Source: Escherichia phage PGN590. From it: a stretch of DNA of 49,043 nucleotides. The notes under the pieces are model-generated. The model saw nothing but the letters and a program-made list of their open reading frames with translations, made no database searches and was not told the origin of the DNA. Below are positions 35,167-44,791 of the stretch, one piece after another (position 1 is the first letter of the stretch; each line of letters starts with the position of its first letter). The stretch lies in sequence record NC_049830.1; one strand, given 5' to 3'. A program made the position numbers and the translations under genes.

Positions 35167-35523
35167 TTATTGCATTGATGTAAATTGCTCAATAAATGTT
35201 GCTTTCACTTCCTGAACGGTTGCTGATATTGGAGTTAATCCAACGCTACCAGATTTTACCCTGAACAGACCAGGTTGACCATCAGGCATAAACCATAAAA
35301 ACGGCTTCAGCCTGTGCCCATTCAGGAAGTCAACAACGTCTCTGTAATCCTTGCCAACATAGACAATAGAAAACTCCCTGCGTACCGTGTTAAACCCTCC
35401 TGAAGCAACCTGCGTGTAACCATTGCCAAATGAGATTTCCCTGTCGTTATTTGATGTGGTCATAGTGCCGCCGCCTCCTTGCGTTTGCGTGCACCATTTG
35501 AATTGCTCAAGTTTCACTATCAC
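35167..35523 (-). CDS. minor tail protein (lambda M-like)
   Basis: KLEQFKW...[13 protein letters not shown] parallels lambda M N-terminus; GTG start overlapping tape-measure stop. Confidence 0.65.
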   Translation of the reverse strand: MIVKLEQFKWCTQTQGGGGTMTTSNNDREISFGNGYTQVASGGFNTVRREFSIVYVGKDYRDVVDFLNGHRLKPFLWFMPDGQPGLFRVKSGSVGLTPISATVQEVKATFIEQFTSMQ

Positions 35524-38192
35524 CCCCGCTTAGACATAACAAATTCGTAAACTTCCCCACCCTGCGTACAGGAACGCTTAATCATATCAGTGAAAATCAT
35601 TTTTACACCAGTCTCCAACCCTTTCGGATCGCTTCCGTTGTTAATATCAACGCTGATCCCGCCAATATTAAGATTTGTTGCTCCAGATGAAACGCCGCCG
35701 CCAGTGTATGAAGTTCCGCCAACAACGCCGCCATTTGCATAACCGCGCATCATTTTGTAAAGGTTTCCAACTCCGATCCGCTTCGTGGCCTCCTTCGTCA
35801 TGACAAACTCGCCTTTATGGACAACACCTGCTGGCTCATACTTCCCGCCGTCGCCAGTGTATCCACCAGTTGCAAACCCAACATTTTTAAGAAGGCTCCC
35901 AATCGTCCAAGTGTCACCGCCAATCGCACCAGATATGGCATTAAAGATAACCATCTTTGTGATCATCTGAATAATCATTTGGATGATTGACGTTGCGAAG
36001 CTCTTAAAATTTGCCTTACCTGTTGCAAGGAATGTAGCCATTTGATTGGTTAGACCATTGAGCGCCTCGCTTGCAATATCTTGCACGTTGCCGTACATAT
36101 CCATTGCATCTTGTCCGTAAACCTCCCAAGCGTTTTTTGCTCCTGCAATCCAGTTATTTCTAAGCTGATCTTCAGTGGCGTAATACTCCTTCAGCTTTGC
36201 TTCCATCTGCTGATAAATTTCATCGTCGATACTACCTCCGCCAGCAACATAATCAGTTCGCAACTTCTTCAACTCAAGCTCTCGCTGGATTTGCAGATCT
36301 GTAGCTCCAGACTGTCGCAAGTTCATAGCGTCAATAGCATCTGATGTTTGCTGAATGAATTTAAGCCCTTCCTGGTATTGCTTGTTCTTTCTCTGTTGCA
36401 AAACAATCTGATCGCCTATCTCTGCCTTTTCTTTTGCCATAGCAATAACTGCTTTTTGCTCGTTTAGTAACGCCTGTTCCGCTTTTGTCAGCTTGCGTTT
36501 GCTTTGCGCTTCCTCAAGGATCTGGATCTGCTTTTCAATACTCCACAAAGATTGCCTCTGGCGTGAAATAACATCATTTACAGTTCGGTGCTCTTTCAGC
36601 GTTTCAAGTTGCGCCTTGAGAACATATAGCTCCTTATCAAGCTGCTCTGTTGGTGCTTTTACAACTCCACCAACTTTCTCCTTTTGCTGCTGCGCCTTTT
36701 TCGCCTCTTCAAGCTCTTTTCGCCTGAACTCCACGTTCTCAGCTGCTCGTTTTTTCAACTCTTCGTCTGCTGTCCTTGCTACGTTCTTCTGATCCTCTAT
36801 GGCTTTGTTTAAAGCCTCTTGCGCCGCTCGCACTCTGTTTAATGAAAGGTTTTCCCTGTCTATGCGTGCTGCTCGTTCCGCCATATCCTTATTCGCATCT
36901 TTTACGATCTTTCCTATATCCTCATAGGTGTTCTTCGCAAATTGCAGCATTGGATTCACATAACCAAGCTCTTTCCCCAACAGCCCGCCTGACGGTGAAG
37001 CATAATCACGTTTTGCTTTTAAGACCGCATACCATGAATCGCCAAGCTCAAGAACTTTGTTTTTGTGATCGGCAATTTCATTGTTAAGACTTACAAAACT
37101 TGATGCTTTTTTGTATTCGTTTACTTTTGCCTTTGCTTCGTCATAGGTAAATCCAACATCGACGAGTTTTTGTATGGCCTCGCTTGCTCCATCCTTAGTG
37201 CTTATGTAAGCCTTTGCCAGATTATCGGCGCTCTCACCTGTCTTGTCAGATAGCGCCTGGATTCCCGTTGCAATCCGCTCCGCAAACTCACCAGAAAGAC
37301 CAGTAGCCTCCTGAACGGTTTTTGTGATCTCCTTCAGTTGCGCATTTGCTTTGTATGCATTATATGCAGCATAACCAAGAGCACCAGTCAGCGCCGTCAT
37401 TCCTACACTTAACGGCGTGACAAATGTCATTAGTGCTTTGAACGTATTCGCAACACCACCGAATGAGTCCTTGATCTGTCCACCCTGCTGGATTGCGACC
37501 ATCCACACTGGCATTCCTGAAGCAAGAGAAGTAACAACGTCAGTGATCTGCATTGGTAATTGCGCCATTGCTTGCTTATACTGCCCCATAGAAACGCCAA
37601 GTTTTGAGGCTTGTTTTTCCTGCTCCTTCATTTTTGCAATAAATGGCGCTGCCTCTGCACTAACTCCAAGTTGTGCAGCTCTCATTTCAACAAGTTCTGA
37701 TTTTGTCTTTTCTGCTGCGTCTGCTTGTGCCTGTAATGCCGCAATGAACTTTCTGGCCTCAGCCTCTGCCCTGGCTTTATTCTTTGCTTCCTCAAGCGCC
37801 GCTCGGCCTTCTTCTGTTAGCGCCTTTTTCGTTGCGATCAGCTTGTTTTGCTGCGTCTCAAGAATTGAACCTAATTCAAAGAATGTATCATCCGGTACAA
37901 TTCCTTTTTTCCATAGTGCATCAAGCTGTGTCGCAGCCTGGCGCAACTTATCCATCTTGCTGGCTGTTGGATCTATTGCCGACTGAATTGCTTTAAATTC
38001 TTGCTTCTGCTTTGCCAATTCCTCAGCCAGTTGTTTGGCTCTTTGTCTTGCAACAACCTCTGAATCAACAAAACCCTCAACGCTTCCCTTTGCGTCGTCG
38101 TTTGCCTTCTTGAATTGCTGCAAAGACTTTACAGCATTGTTGAGTTGAGAAACGTCAACCCCAAGCGTCAAGCCTGCGTATTGTTCTGACAT
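35520..38192 (-). CDS. tail tape measure protein
   Basis: 890 aa, long alpha-helical/coiled-coil, Gly-rich C-terminal segment; sits between chaperone genes and M-like gene. Confidence 0.85.
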   Translation of the reverse strand: MSEQYAGLTLGVDVSQLNNAVKSLQQFKKANDDAKGSVEGFVDSEVVARQRAKQLAEELAKQKQEFKAIQSAIDPTASKMDKLRQAATQLDALWKKGIVPDDTFFELGSILETQQNKLIATKKALTEEGRAALEEAKNKARAEAEARKFIAALQAQADAAEKTKSELVEMRAAQLGVSAEAAPFIAKMKEQEKQASKLGVSMGQYKQAMAQLPMQITDVVTSLASGMPVWMVAIQQGGQIKDSFGGVANTFKALMTFVTPLSVGMTALTGALGYAAYNAYKANAQLKEITKTVQEATGLSGEFAERIATGIQALSDKTGESADNLAKAYISTKDGASEAIQKLVDVGFTYDEAKAKVNEYKKASSFVSLNNEIADHKNKVLELGDSWYAVLKAKRDYASPSGGLLGKELGYVNPMLQFAKNTYEDIGKIVKDANKDMAERAARIDRENLSLNRVRAAQEALNKAIEDQKNVARTADEELKKRAAENVEFRRKELEEAKKAQQQKEKVGGVVKAPTEQLDKELYVLKAQLETLKEHRTVNDVISRQRQSLWSIEKQIQILEEAQSKRKLTKAEQALLNEQKAVIAMAKEKAEIGDQIVLQQRKNKQYQEGLKFIQQTSDAIDAMNLRQSGATDLQIQRELELKKLRTDYVAGGGSIDDEIYQQMEAKLKEYYATEDQLRNNWIAGAKNAWEVYGQDAMDMYGNVQDIASEALNGLTNQMATFLATGKANFKSFATSIIQMIIQMITKMVIFNAISGAIGGDTWTIGSLLKNVGFATGGYTGDGGKYEPAGVVHKGEFVMTKEATKRIGVGNLYKMMRGYANGGVVGGTSYTGGGVSSGATNLNIGGISVDINNGSDPKGLETGVKMIFTDMIKRSCTQGGEVYEFVMSKRG

Positions 38193-38211
38193 TATTAATC
38201 CTCCAGGTAAT

Positions 38212-38233
38212 AAAAAAGCGCCCGTAGGCGCTT
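38212..38233 (-). terminator. terminator-like hairpin between chaperone and tape measure genes
   Basis: AAGCGCC-cgta-GGCGCTT plus six U; overlaps T stop; GGAGG RBS follows. Confidence 0.55.
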
Positions 38234-38860
38234 ATTTTGAATGCATCATTTCAAGTGCTTTTTGCTCCATGATTCGCAAGTCGTTTAGCGCCATCTCGCG
38301 ATCCTCAACCTTGTAAATCTCAAAAAGCATAGGCAAGACATTATAATCAAATCCGTAAGCACCACCGCCTGAACATCTCCATTGCGTTTGCATTGCGCAA
38401 AATATATCCCATGATTGCATCATGCTTTCATCAAATATAACCTCTGGCGGATCTTCTCCTTCATAGTCTGCCCTTGTAAGGCCAACAGCCTCAAGCTCTG
38501 CATCTGTCGGCGGTTTCTGATAAAACAGGTAAACCGCCCTTTTTAGTTTTTTACTCGCTGCCCCGCAAGCGCTTTCATGTATGCGCTAGTTAATCCGATT
38601 GCTGTTGCTGGGTAGTAATCAAGAAGCCGTTTAATATTTTCTTCGTTAAATTCATCATCAAGATTCCAACCAGAAGCAAGGAAGGTGATCATTTCAACAT
38701 CGCTCATTGGAGTATCTGACGTGTAGCGCTCGTGAATCTCACTTGTTTTGCGGTGGCGAACTGTGAAGATAATTGTTTGATCTTCTCCGTTAGGCATTGC
38801 AAATTCCACTGGTAATTTAAAGTCAGGAAGCGGCCCAATCGTCAATTTCATTTTTGACAT
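38232..38860 (-). CDS. tail assembly chaperone frameshift fusion (G-T-like) via -1 slip
   Basis: -1 frame from slippery site 38546-38552 is open through ORF 38232-38423; checked codon by codon. Confidence 0.55.
38543..38860 (-). CDS. tail assembly chaperone (lambda G-like)
   Basis: 105 aa acidic protein upstream of tape measure; ends ..QRVKN with slippery A_AAA_AAC. Confidence 0.65.
   Translation of the reverse strand: MSKMKLTIGPLPDFKLPVEFAMPNGEDQTIIFTVRHRKTSEIHERYTSDTPMSDVEMITFLASGWNLDDEFNEENIKRLLDYYPATAIGLTSAYMKALAGQRVKN
38546..38552 (-). other. -1 programmed ribosomal frameshift slippery site (A_AAA_AAC)
   Basis: last two sense codons of G-like gene; -1 frame open into downstream ORF. 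Confidence 0.55.
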
Positions 38861-38873
38861 TTCTTTCTCCTTG

Positions 38874-38892
38874 ATAGCACTTTTTGTTAAAA
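38874..38892 (+). promoter_or_regulatory. repeat copy oriented antisense to the late genes
   Basis: ATAGCACTTTTTGTTAAAA on plus strand between major tail and G genes; TATCAT 22 nt downstream. Confidence 0.4.
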
Positions 38893-38931
38893 GAATTGAT
38901 TATGAATCGTGTATCATGATTGTACAGTAAC

Positions 38932-38954
38932 AAAAAAAGGGGCGCAACGCCCCT
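38932..38954 (-). terminator. intrinsic terminator after major tail gene
   Basis: AGGGGCG-caa-CGCCCCT plus seven U on minus strand. Confidence 0.75.
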
Positions 38955-38959
38955 TGTGA

Positions 38960-39622
38960 TTATGCTACTTGAGAAGGTAGGAAGGTGAATCGACCTTTCA
39001 GGGATACAGAAAGGGAAACAGTTTCCATTTCGTTAACGGTCGTTTGTGGGATCTCGTTAAACGAAAGCACACCAGCCCAGCAACGCATCTCTTTTGCTTT
39101 TGGTACATACATGCGAAGAGCGGTTACTTCTCCTGATTCATCTGCTGAACGCAATAGCGGATAGATCGCGTTATCGTATTCGTGCGCAAAAGTGTAGGTA
39201 AGAGAAACGGCGCTCTTATATGTAGGTAACTGCTGTTCTTGATCGTCTGCCAAACACTGATAAGTGTAGTATTGCTGTTCGCCGCCGTCCTGCGACAAAT
39301 CTTGAACGCAAGGAATCTCAGTCCATGCATCAATTTTTGCAAAAGATGCAGTACCGCCAGACGGGAAAACGTTCTGATCAGTAGTATCTACACCTTCAAG
39401 AGTCACGCTTGTTTCTTCGCCGTTAGCCTTTACACGCATAACACGATCAATCAGCTTACCCCAAGAAGACGCAGTGATGATAACATAATCACCTTTCTTG
39501 TACGAAGTGCCGCCAGATGCAACGGTGAATACAGGATCTTTAGCGTTTGATACTGCCGTTGCTTGGATTTCGCTGCCGCGATTGCTCTCAACGAAAATTT
39601 GCGATCCATTTGGTAAATGCAT
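38960..39622 (-). CDS. major tail protein
   Basis: AAAGGAG RBS; position immediately upstream of chaperone genes; strong terminator after stop. Confidence 0.6.
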   Translation of the reverse strand: MHLPNGSQIFVESNRGSEIQATAVSNAKDPVFTVASGGTSYKKGDYVIITASSWGKLIDRVMRVKANGEETSVTLEGVDTTDQNVFPSGGTASFAKIDAWTEIPCVQDLSQDGGEQQYYTYQCLADDQEQQLPTYKSAVSLTYTFAHEYDNAIYPLLRSADESGEVTALRMYVPKAKEMRCWAGVLSFNEIPQTTVNEMETVSLSVSLKGRFTFLPSQVA

Positions 39623-39626
39623 AATT

Positions 39627-40025
39627 TTACTCCTTTGTTTCAATTCGAACATAAAATCTTACAGGGAGAAGCCAACCGCTTTCACTCTTGAGCGGCTTGT
39701 GAACTCTTGCACCCTCATATATATAACCATGCTCCAACATTTTACCATCGTAAAAGAATTGCGCAATCTCTTTAGCGAGAACGCGCGGCCTGTCAGTTCC
39801 GTAACCTGGTGGAAACACAATGCCAACCTGAATCATTCCGATATAGGAAACGCATTTTCGATCCAATGACAAGTATTCTGTATCAACTTCGGCATAGTCA
39901 AACTTCAACCACGGCGAACCGTCACCAGGTGGCGTAAACTCTACGTTTTCATAAGCGATCTTGAATCTGCTCTCGTATTCAGTCGCCAGCGCCTTACGCG
40001 CTGATAGCATTAATTCATAGTGCAT
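39627..40025 (-). CDS. tail terminator/completion protein (by position)
   Basis: synteny between head-tail joining genes and major tail gene. Confidence 0.45.
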   Translation of the reverse strand: MHYELMLSARKALATEYESRFKIAYENVEFTPPGDGSPWLKFDYAEVDTEYLSLDRKCVSYIGMIQVGIVFPPGYGTDRPRVLAKEIAQFFYDGKMLEHGYIYEGARVHKPLKSESGWLLPVRFYVRIETKE

Positions 40026-40458
40026 TTTTAGCCCTCGACTCTTTTATTGCTTCAGCCATATAAGATCTCAACTTAACCGCGACAATCCCAAGCACACCCG
40101 CTGGCGCTTGTTTTGAATGACCGTACTCAAGCGCGTTAGCGTAAATAAGCATATTTGAAAAATAAATGGCCCTTACTGCGCCGCCACCTCTCAATATTGC
40201 GTATATGGCGCGCTTGCCTTCCGCTATCGTTTTGTCGCCGTGCTTATCGTACTGATTAAGCGCATACAATGGCGGCTTGTTTGCTGTTACCTGCCAGTTT
40301 GCACGGTAACGACCAGTATCTACCGGAGAACGCTTAACCAAATCTGTGTGTACTTTTTCGGCGAACAACTCCACGCAATCTTTTAGTCCACTATCAACGG
40401 CGTTTATCCACGCATCAATGTTGCCGTGAAATTCCCTTATCGTGTAGTTTTTAGCCAT
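40015..40458 (-). CDS. tail completion protein (HK97 gp10-like motif)
   Basis: RSPVDTGRYRANW resembles the VDTG..R signature of HK97 gp10-type tail components. Confidence 0.5.
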   Translation of the reverse strand: MAKNYTIREFHGNIDAWINAVDSGLKDCVELFAEKVHTDLVKRSPVDTGRYRANWQVTANKPPLYALNQYDKHGDKTIAEGKRAIYAILRGGGAVRAIYFSNMLIYANALEYGHSKQAPAGVLGIVAVKLRSYMAEAIKESRAKNAL

Positions 40459-40822
40459 GTACGGAAATCCTTCTCAAAATAGGCCGATAAGCAACAGTGA
40501 CATTAGTTTGTCTGATTGGTCTTGCTTCAACTACAACATATAATTCACCATCAACATCAATATGATACCCGTTCTTAATTTCAACTTTATTGTTAAAAAC
40601 TCCCAACTTATCGGTTACTCGTATTGTCTCTCCGTCAACCTCGCGGAATTTTGGGGAGCGAATTAAACCTTTAATCATTACACTGATCTCTGGCTTTTCT
40701 ACTTCTTCGCCTCCGATGATTTCAACGCTTCCACGCTGCGTTATGCACTTAAACTCACCGTTGTCATCACTGAAGAAGTTTATTCCTTCAGTTGCCATTC
40801 TTGCGATCTCGTTATAGTTCAT
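40451..40822 (-). CDS. head-tail adaptor/closure protein (by position)
   Basis: ATG 40820-40822 with GGAG RBS overlapping upstream stop. Confidence 0.4.
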   Translation of the reverse strand: MNYNEIARMATEGINFFSDDNGEFKCITQRGSVEIIGGEEVEKPEISVMIKGLIRSPKFREVDGETIRVTDKLGVFNNKVEIKNGYHIDVDGELYVVVEARPIRQTNVTVAYRPILRRISVHG

Positions 40823-41235
40823 TTGCAACGTCTCCGAAATCCAGTCACAAGGCCAAATCCACCGCCTTTCTTACGATTTAGCGTTTCATACATTTTTCCC
40901 CAGGGAGTTTGTCTAATCTCTTTTCCGCCAGAGTCGCCTGACACTCGATCAAAAGTCTGGCTAAATTCACCAGTCAGGGAAAATGATGCAACTCGCCGCG
41001 AGTAACTTTCTACGCTTTCCCCTTCTTGCTTCATTGCTCCGTCAAGCGTCATAAGGTGCAACGTATAAAGAGCAACCGCTTTGGGATATGATTCTTTAAA
41101 CCGCTTCTTGCAAACAAATTCCTTTGCAAGATCAATCCATGCCGCCATTAAATCTGGATCAATCTGCTTCATCGGTGGCGCCAATTTCACGATTTGCTGC
41201 GTGATTTCTGCGTCAGTGAAAAATTCATCAACCAT
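40819..41235 (-). CDS. head-tail connector protein (by position)
   Basis: GGAGGAA RBS; synteny downstream of capsid gene. Confidence 0.4.
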   Translation of the reverse strand: MVDEFFTDAEITQQIVKLAPPMKQIDPDLMAAWIDLAKEFVCKKRFKESYPKAVALYTLHLMTLDGAMKQEGESVESYSRRVASFSLTGEFSQTFDRVSGDSGGKEIRQTPWGKMYETLNRKKGGGFGLVTGFRRRCK

Positions 41236-41282
41236 TGTGTTTCCTCCAGATATGACAAAGGGCGCTTATAGCGCCCTCTTTA

Positions 41283-41555
41283 TTAATAGATGCCGCCGTC
41301 TTCAAGTTCGGCTTTGCTCTTGCCCTCTCGCGGGTCTTTTTTACGTTTGCTTGCTGCGCTCTGTTTGATTTCTTCGTTCAATGCGGAGTTATCTTTAACC
41401 TCCAGATCGCCTTTTGCAATTAGATATTCAAACGCGCTTGTTTTCAATTTTGATTCTTCTACGTCAAACTCTTTTCCTGGGTGATAATGCTCACCATCAA
41501 CAATGATAAGGCACACGCCGGAAACCTTTAGCGTTACAGTTTTTTCTTTAGCCAT
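41283..41555 (-). CDS. hypothetical head-associated protein
   Basis: GGAGG RBS directly after terminator hairpin 41577-41598. Confidence 0.4.
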   Translation of the reverse strand: MAKEKTVTLKVSGVCLIIVDGEHYHPGKEFDVEESKLKTSAFEYLIAKGDLEVKDNSALNEEIKQSAASKRKKDPREGKSKAELEDGGIY

Positions 41556-41570
41556 TTCATAACCTCCAAT

Positions 41571-41598
41571 AAAAAAGGGAATCCAGTTAAGGATTCCC
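41571..41598 (-). terminator. intrinsic terminator after major capsid gene
   Basis: GGGAATCC-agttaa-GGATTCCC plus six U; GGAGG RBS follows. Confidence 0.7.
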
Positions 41599-41611
41599 CA
41601 ATGCTATACGA

Positions 41612-42586
41612 TTAACCTGTTTTTTTCAAGCCAGTAATAAGCACTAGCGTAAACGGACGGTAAATCGTCAGGCCAGTGCATTTTGAAGTGCACGGAACTT
41701 TGAAATGCAGATCTTTTGGTTGCGCCGGAAGCATGTTAAATGCTTCTGGAATTTCGATAGACATGTTCATCGGGTCTTTCTCATATACCAGGCAACCTTT
41801 CGTTCCAGTGCCATCAATATCCTCAAGCTCTGCGATTGAGTCGAAGGTTATTCCGCTGTTTTGTTTCTGGAAGTATTCCAGATAACTTTCAGTGGTGTTT
41901 TCCATTCGAACAGAAAGAACCTTGCGCATAGACGGCGGAATCAGGATATTGGTTGCGCGGTGCTGACCATTGGTGATGGTCTGAATGGTTTCAATAGCCT
42001 TTTCCAGTTCATCAGATGCTGCCTGCGGGAACTTAGTGTTTTCATCAGCACTTAACCAGCCAGTTGACACGATCTTTGTCAGGTTAGGATGTTCAAACAC
42101 CGAAAGAATCTTATGCGGCTTTGAACCCTTAAACACCAGGCGGTTAACTTCCTGATCATGAGCGTTTTGCGCTGCGTTTGCCTTGCGAGTCGAAAGGCTC
42201 TTACCAGTGCGCTGACCAGCCTTGATTTCGTCAATGGAGATCAAGAACGCGTTACCCAGGCGGAACACCTTGCCAAACTCGCTTGACATTAAAGCGTCAA
42301 CAGTTGGCAGATCGTCGGTGTAATCAGCGATAATTTTTGCGTAACCAACCCTGTCAAACATCTGATATTCAAAAGTCTTATCAGTATCAGAAAGCTCATT
42401 AGTTACAGGGAACACACGAAGCGCTGAACCTGCCGGATACTCTTTCTCGTAAGCAGTTGAGCGGATCTTGTGAAGCTCTTGCGCCGTCCAGATACCCATA
42501 TCAGAAGCATCACCCTTAACGCCGCGAGTAGCCAGATAGCTAGAAACAATATCCGCATCTAGCTGATCAAATTTTTCTTTTTCCAT
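41612..42586 (-). CDS. major capsid protein
   Basis: 324 aa; GGAGGAAGAA RBS; position between scaffold/decoration genes and head-tail genes. Confidence 0.8.
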   Translation of the reverse strand: MEKEKFDQLDADIVSSYLATRGVKGDASDMGIWTAQELHKIRSTAYEKEYPAGSALRVFPVTNELSDTDKTFEYQMFDRVGYAKIIADYTDDLPTVDALMSSEFGKVFRLGNAFLISIDEIKAGQRTGKSLSTRKANAAQNAHDQEVNRLVFKGSKPHKILSVFEHPNLTKIVSTGWLSADENTKFPQAASDELEKAIETIQTITNGQHRATNILIPPSMRKVLSVRMENTTESYLEYFQKQNSGITFDSIAELEDIDGTGTKGCLVYEKDPMNMSIEIPEAFNMLPAQPKDLHFKVPCTSKCTGLTIYRPFTLVLITGLKKTG

Positions 42587-42632
42587 TTTCTTCCTCCATA
42601 TATAAAGGTCGTTAGTATGTAACGGACCAATG

Positions 42633-42650
42633 ATAGCATTTTTTGTTAAA
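42633..42650 (+). promoter_or_regulatory. repeat copy oriented antisense to the late genes
   Basis: ATAGCATTTTTTGTTAAA on plus strand upstream of capsid gene; weak TATGAG 22 nt downstream. Confidence 0.35.
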
Positions 42651-42669
42651 CGTGCAACCTAATTTTGTG

Positions 42670-43104
42670 TTATGAGTCAATGCTTACCCCGACAATATAT
42701 GAATCATGATCAACCTTTACATGTTCGCCAGTAAAGATCCAACCGCTCAGTAAGTCGCCTTCACTGTATGCCGCATCTCCATCTTGCGTTACAAATACTT
42801 TATCTCCATATTCTGGCGCTTCGCTCTCAGAAGTTAAGCACCAAACAATACCTCGACTAACAACACTAATTGGATCACCATCCTCATATATGCACGAGTC
42901 CAGCGGCCTTACTGCCACGCCAATAACAAGATCCCCATTAATACTGGCTATTTTGTATCCATTTGTTATATGTGATAGTCGAACAATCTTACCTGGCGCA
43001 ATAAATTCATCTCCGCACACGAAAGATCCGTTAATCACCATTATTGAAGAATCGACCATGCACCCTGGCGACTCAACGCCAACAATGACTGAATAATCAC
43101 TCAT
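42670..43104 (-). CDS. head structural/decoration-like protein (paralogue of 43151-43663)
   Basis: start set to ATG 43102-43104 (MSDYSV, GGAG RBS); shares GxVWxL...DGxxxxxSGxIxxxWIxTG pattern with neighbour. Confidence 0.45.
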   Translation of the reverse strand: MSDYSVIVGVESPGCMVDSSIMVINGSFVCGDEFIAPGKIVRLSHITNGYKIASINGDLVIGVAVRPLDSCIYEDGDPISVVSRGIVWCLTSESEAPEYGDKVFVTQDGDAAYSEGDLLSGWIFTGEHVKVDHDSYIVGVSIDS

Positions 43105-43120
43105 GAGAAACTCCAAATAT

Positions 43121-43143
43121 AAAAAAGGCGCTCAGTGAGCGCC
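43121..43143 (-). terminator. intrinsic terminator between paralogous head genes
   Basis: GGCGCTC-agt-GAGCGCC plus six U; GGAG RBS follows. Confidence 0.7.
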
Positions 43144-43150
43144 ATATTTA

Positions 43151-43663
43151 TTAACCTGCTGAAACTGCCGGAACTTTTTGCACCTGAACCTCTACCAGCT
43201 TCAAGCCTTGAAACTCGGTGAAATCACCAGTCGCGATCCAGTTGGTTTCGATAGTGCCAGACGCGGTGTCAACCTGACCATCATCAGAAAGTTTGATTGT
43301 AGCGCCGAACGCTGGCGCGGAAGCGTCTTTAGCCAACATCCAAACACGCCCCTCAGTCATTACGTTGATTCCGCTGCCAGATTCATAAATCATTCTACCG
43401 TCAGCCGAAGTCGTCTGGAAGTGGGATCGAATTGCAACACCGTAAGCCTTGCCGCTTGCCGCCATCGGCTTAATTAGCTTATTGCCCATAGCATCAACGC
43501 CGCCATGCTGGACTGCAACACCAACAAAAATGTTTTTGTTCTGGTTGCCTGCCGCATTCTCAAGAACACAAGCGCCATCAATATTATAAGCTGAAGTATC
43601 AGAAACCTGACCAGGTAACGCACGAGACATTACAGCAAAATAACTTGCTCCAATTGTAGCCAT
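43151..43663 (-). CDS. head structural/decoration-like protein (paralogue of 42670-43104)
   Basis: NVMTEGRVWMLA...LSDDGQVDTASGTIETNWIATGDF parallels neighbour. Confidence 0.45.
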   Translation of the reverse strand: MATIGASYFAVMSRALPGQVSDTSAYNIDGACVLENAAGNQNKNIFVGVAVQHGGVDAMGNKLIKPMAASGKAYGVAIRSHFQTTSADGRMIYESGSGINVMTEGRVWMLAKDASAPAFGATIKLSDDGQVDTASGTIETNWIATGDFTEFQGLKLVEVQVQKVPAVSAG

Positions 43664-43675
43664 GTTTATTTCTCC

Positions 43676-44788
43676 TTATTTAAGTTTTTTCAAACGCGCA
43701 GTCGGATCAAGGGAGTCGGTTTTTTCACTCTTGCCAGATTCGAAAGAATCGCCCTTGACAGATTTACGCTGCGCCGCCATTTTATCAGACTGCTTCGCAA
43801 GGTCAAAAGCTGTTTCAATATATGCATCGGCTTTTTCTGAAATATCAGCGCCAGTGACTTCTTTGACGTAAGCAACCTTGATCGCTTTAGCGTCCAAGCC
43901 GTCACACTTGATGCCAATTTCAGTTGCATCTGCAACCAGCTTGGCATGTTCTTCTGCGTCAGTCTTTGCCTTCTTAACAGCTTCTGCAATCTGCGCCGGA
44001 ATGCCATCGACTTTAGTTTTCAGGGCGTCGCGCTCTGCCTCAAGGCCATCAGCTTTTTCGGTTGCAGCTTTTGCATCTGCCTTTAACGCCTCAATATGAT
44101 CAGCAACGGCCTTTGGAACATCAAATTCTACCGCGCCATCAAGTTTGATTTTTACTGTCATTTCCTCATCTCCTTTGTCATTTGGAACCTCGTCACTATA
44201 CGGAAAATCCTGTTCGCTATCAAGATTTAATTTGGCAATGCCAGCACGACCACGAAAGACAAGTGCAATGTGATTAACGCGGATATTCGTCTGAATGGCG
44301 TCAAATTTAACCCAATCAGGAGAATCAGGCTTCCAGTCTTCCTTTAGGTCTTCCTCAAACAAGTAATCACCGGTTTTATTATTACCCCAGCCTGGCTTGT
44401 CAATATCAACCGATGTGTAACCAACTGAAATTTCCGCTGTGTCTTTCTTTTTTGCGCTCTCAATTGCTCGCTTTGAGTAAATGCTTAACGGAACTTCAAC
44501 GCCAATCCCATTTGGAACACCAGCGCCAGCGCATGAACCAACAACAACCTGATCCGCATTATCTGGCGTTACTGTGACGTGACCGATAGTGATCGGCTTG
44601 CCTGCGAACGTAGCAAGCGAATCAGCCTTAAACACCTCTGAGGCTGGTCGGAACTCTCGTCTTATTCCGTATGGTGTGCGGTACTCCTGCAAACCAATTC
44701 GCGCCACAATTGGGCGATCCACTAAAAAACCATTATCATCAAAATGCGCCTTAACCTGAACGCTATCAAATCTTTGTTTTGCCTTCAT
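43676..44788 (-). CDS. prohead scaffolding protein (possible N-terminal protease-like domain)
   Basis: C-terminal Ala/Lys/Glu/Asp-rich coiled coil; position between head morphogenesis and capsid genes. Confidence 0.5.
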   Translation of the reverse strand: MKAKQRFDSVQVKAHFDDNGFLVDRPIVARIGLQEYRTPYGIRREFRPASEVFKADSLATFAGKPITIGHVTVTPDNADQVVVGSCAGAGVPNGIGVEVPLSIYSKRAIESAKKKDTAEISVGYTSVDIDKPGWGNNKTGDYLFEEDLKEDWKPDSPDWVKFDAIQTNIRVNHIALVFRGRAGIAKLNLDSEQDFPYSDEVPNDKGDEEMTVKIKLDGAVEFDVPKAVADHIEALKADAKAATEKADGLEAERDALKTKVDGIPAQIAEAVKKAKTDAEEHAKLVADATEIGIKCDGLDAKAIKVAYVKEVTGADISEKADAYIETAFDLAKQSDKMAAQRKSVKGDSFESGKSEKTDSLDPTARLKKLK

Positions 44789-44791
44789 TAA

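Noticed and set aside
35785-37996. Several plus-strand ORFs inside the tape measure gene
   Set aside because: Antisense frames of a long repetitive coding region; Ser/Ala/Cys-rich low-complexity translations.
1207-42650. The 20-bp repeat family as a CRISPR array
   Set aside because: Copies are hundreds to thousands of bp apart, occur in both orientations and sit at gene boundaries; no regular repeat-spacer periodicity.
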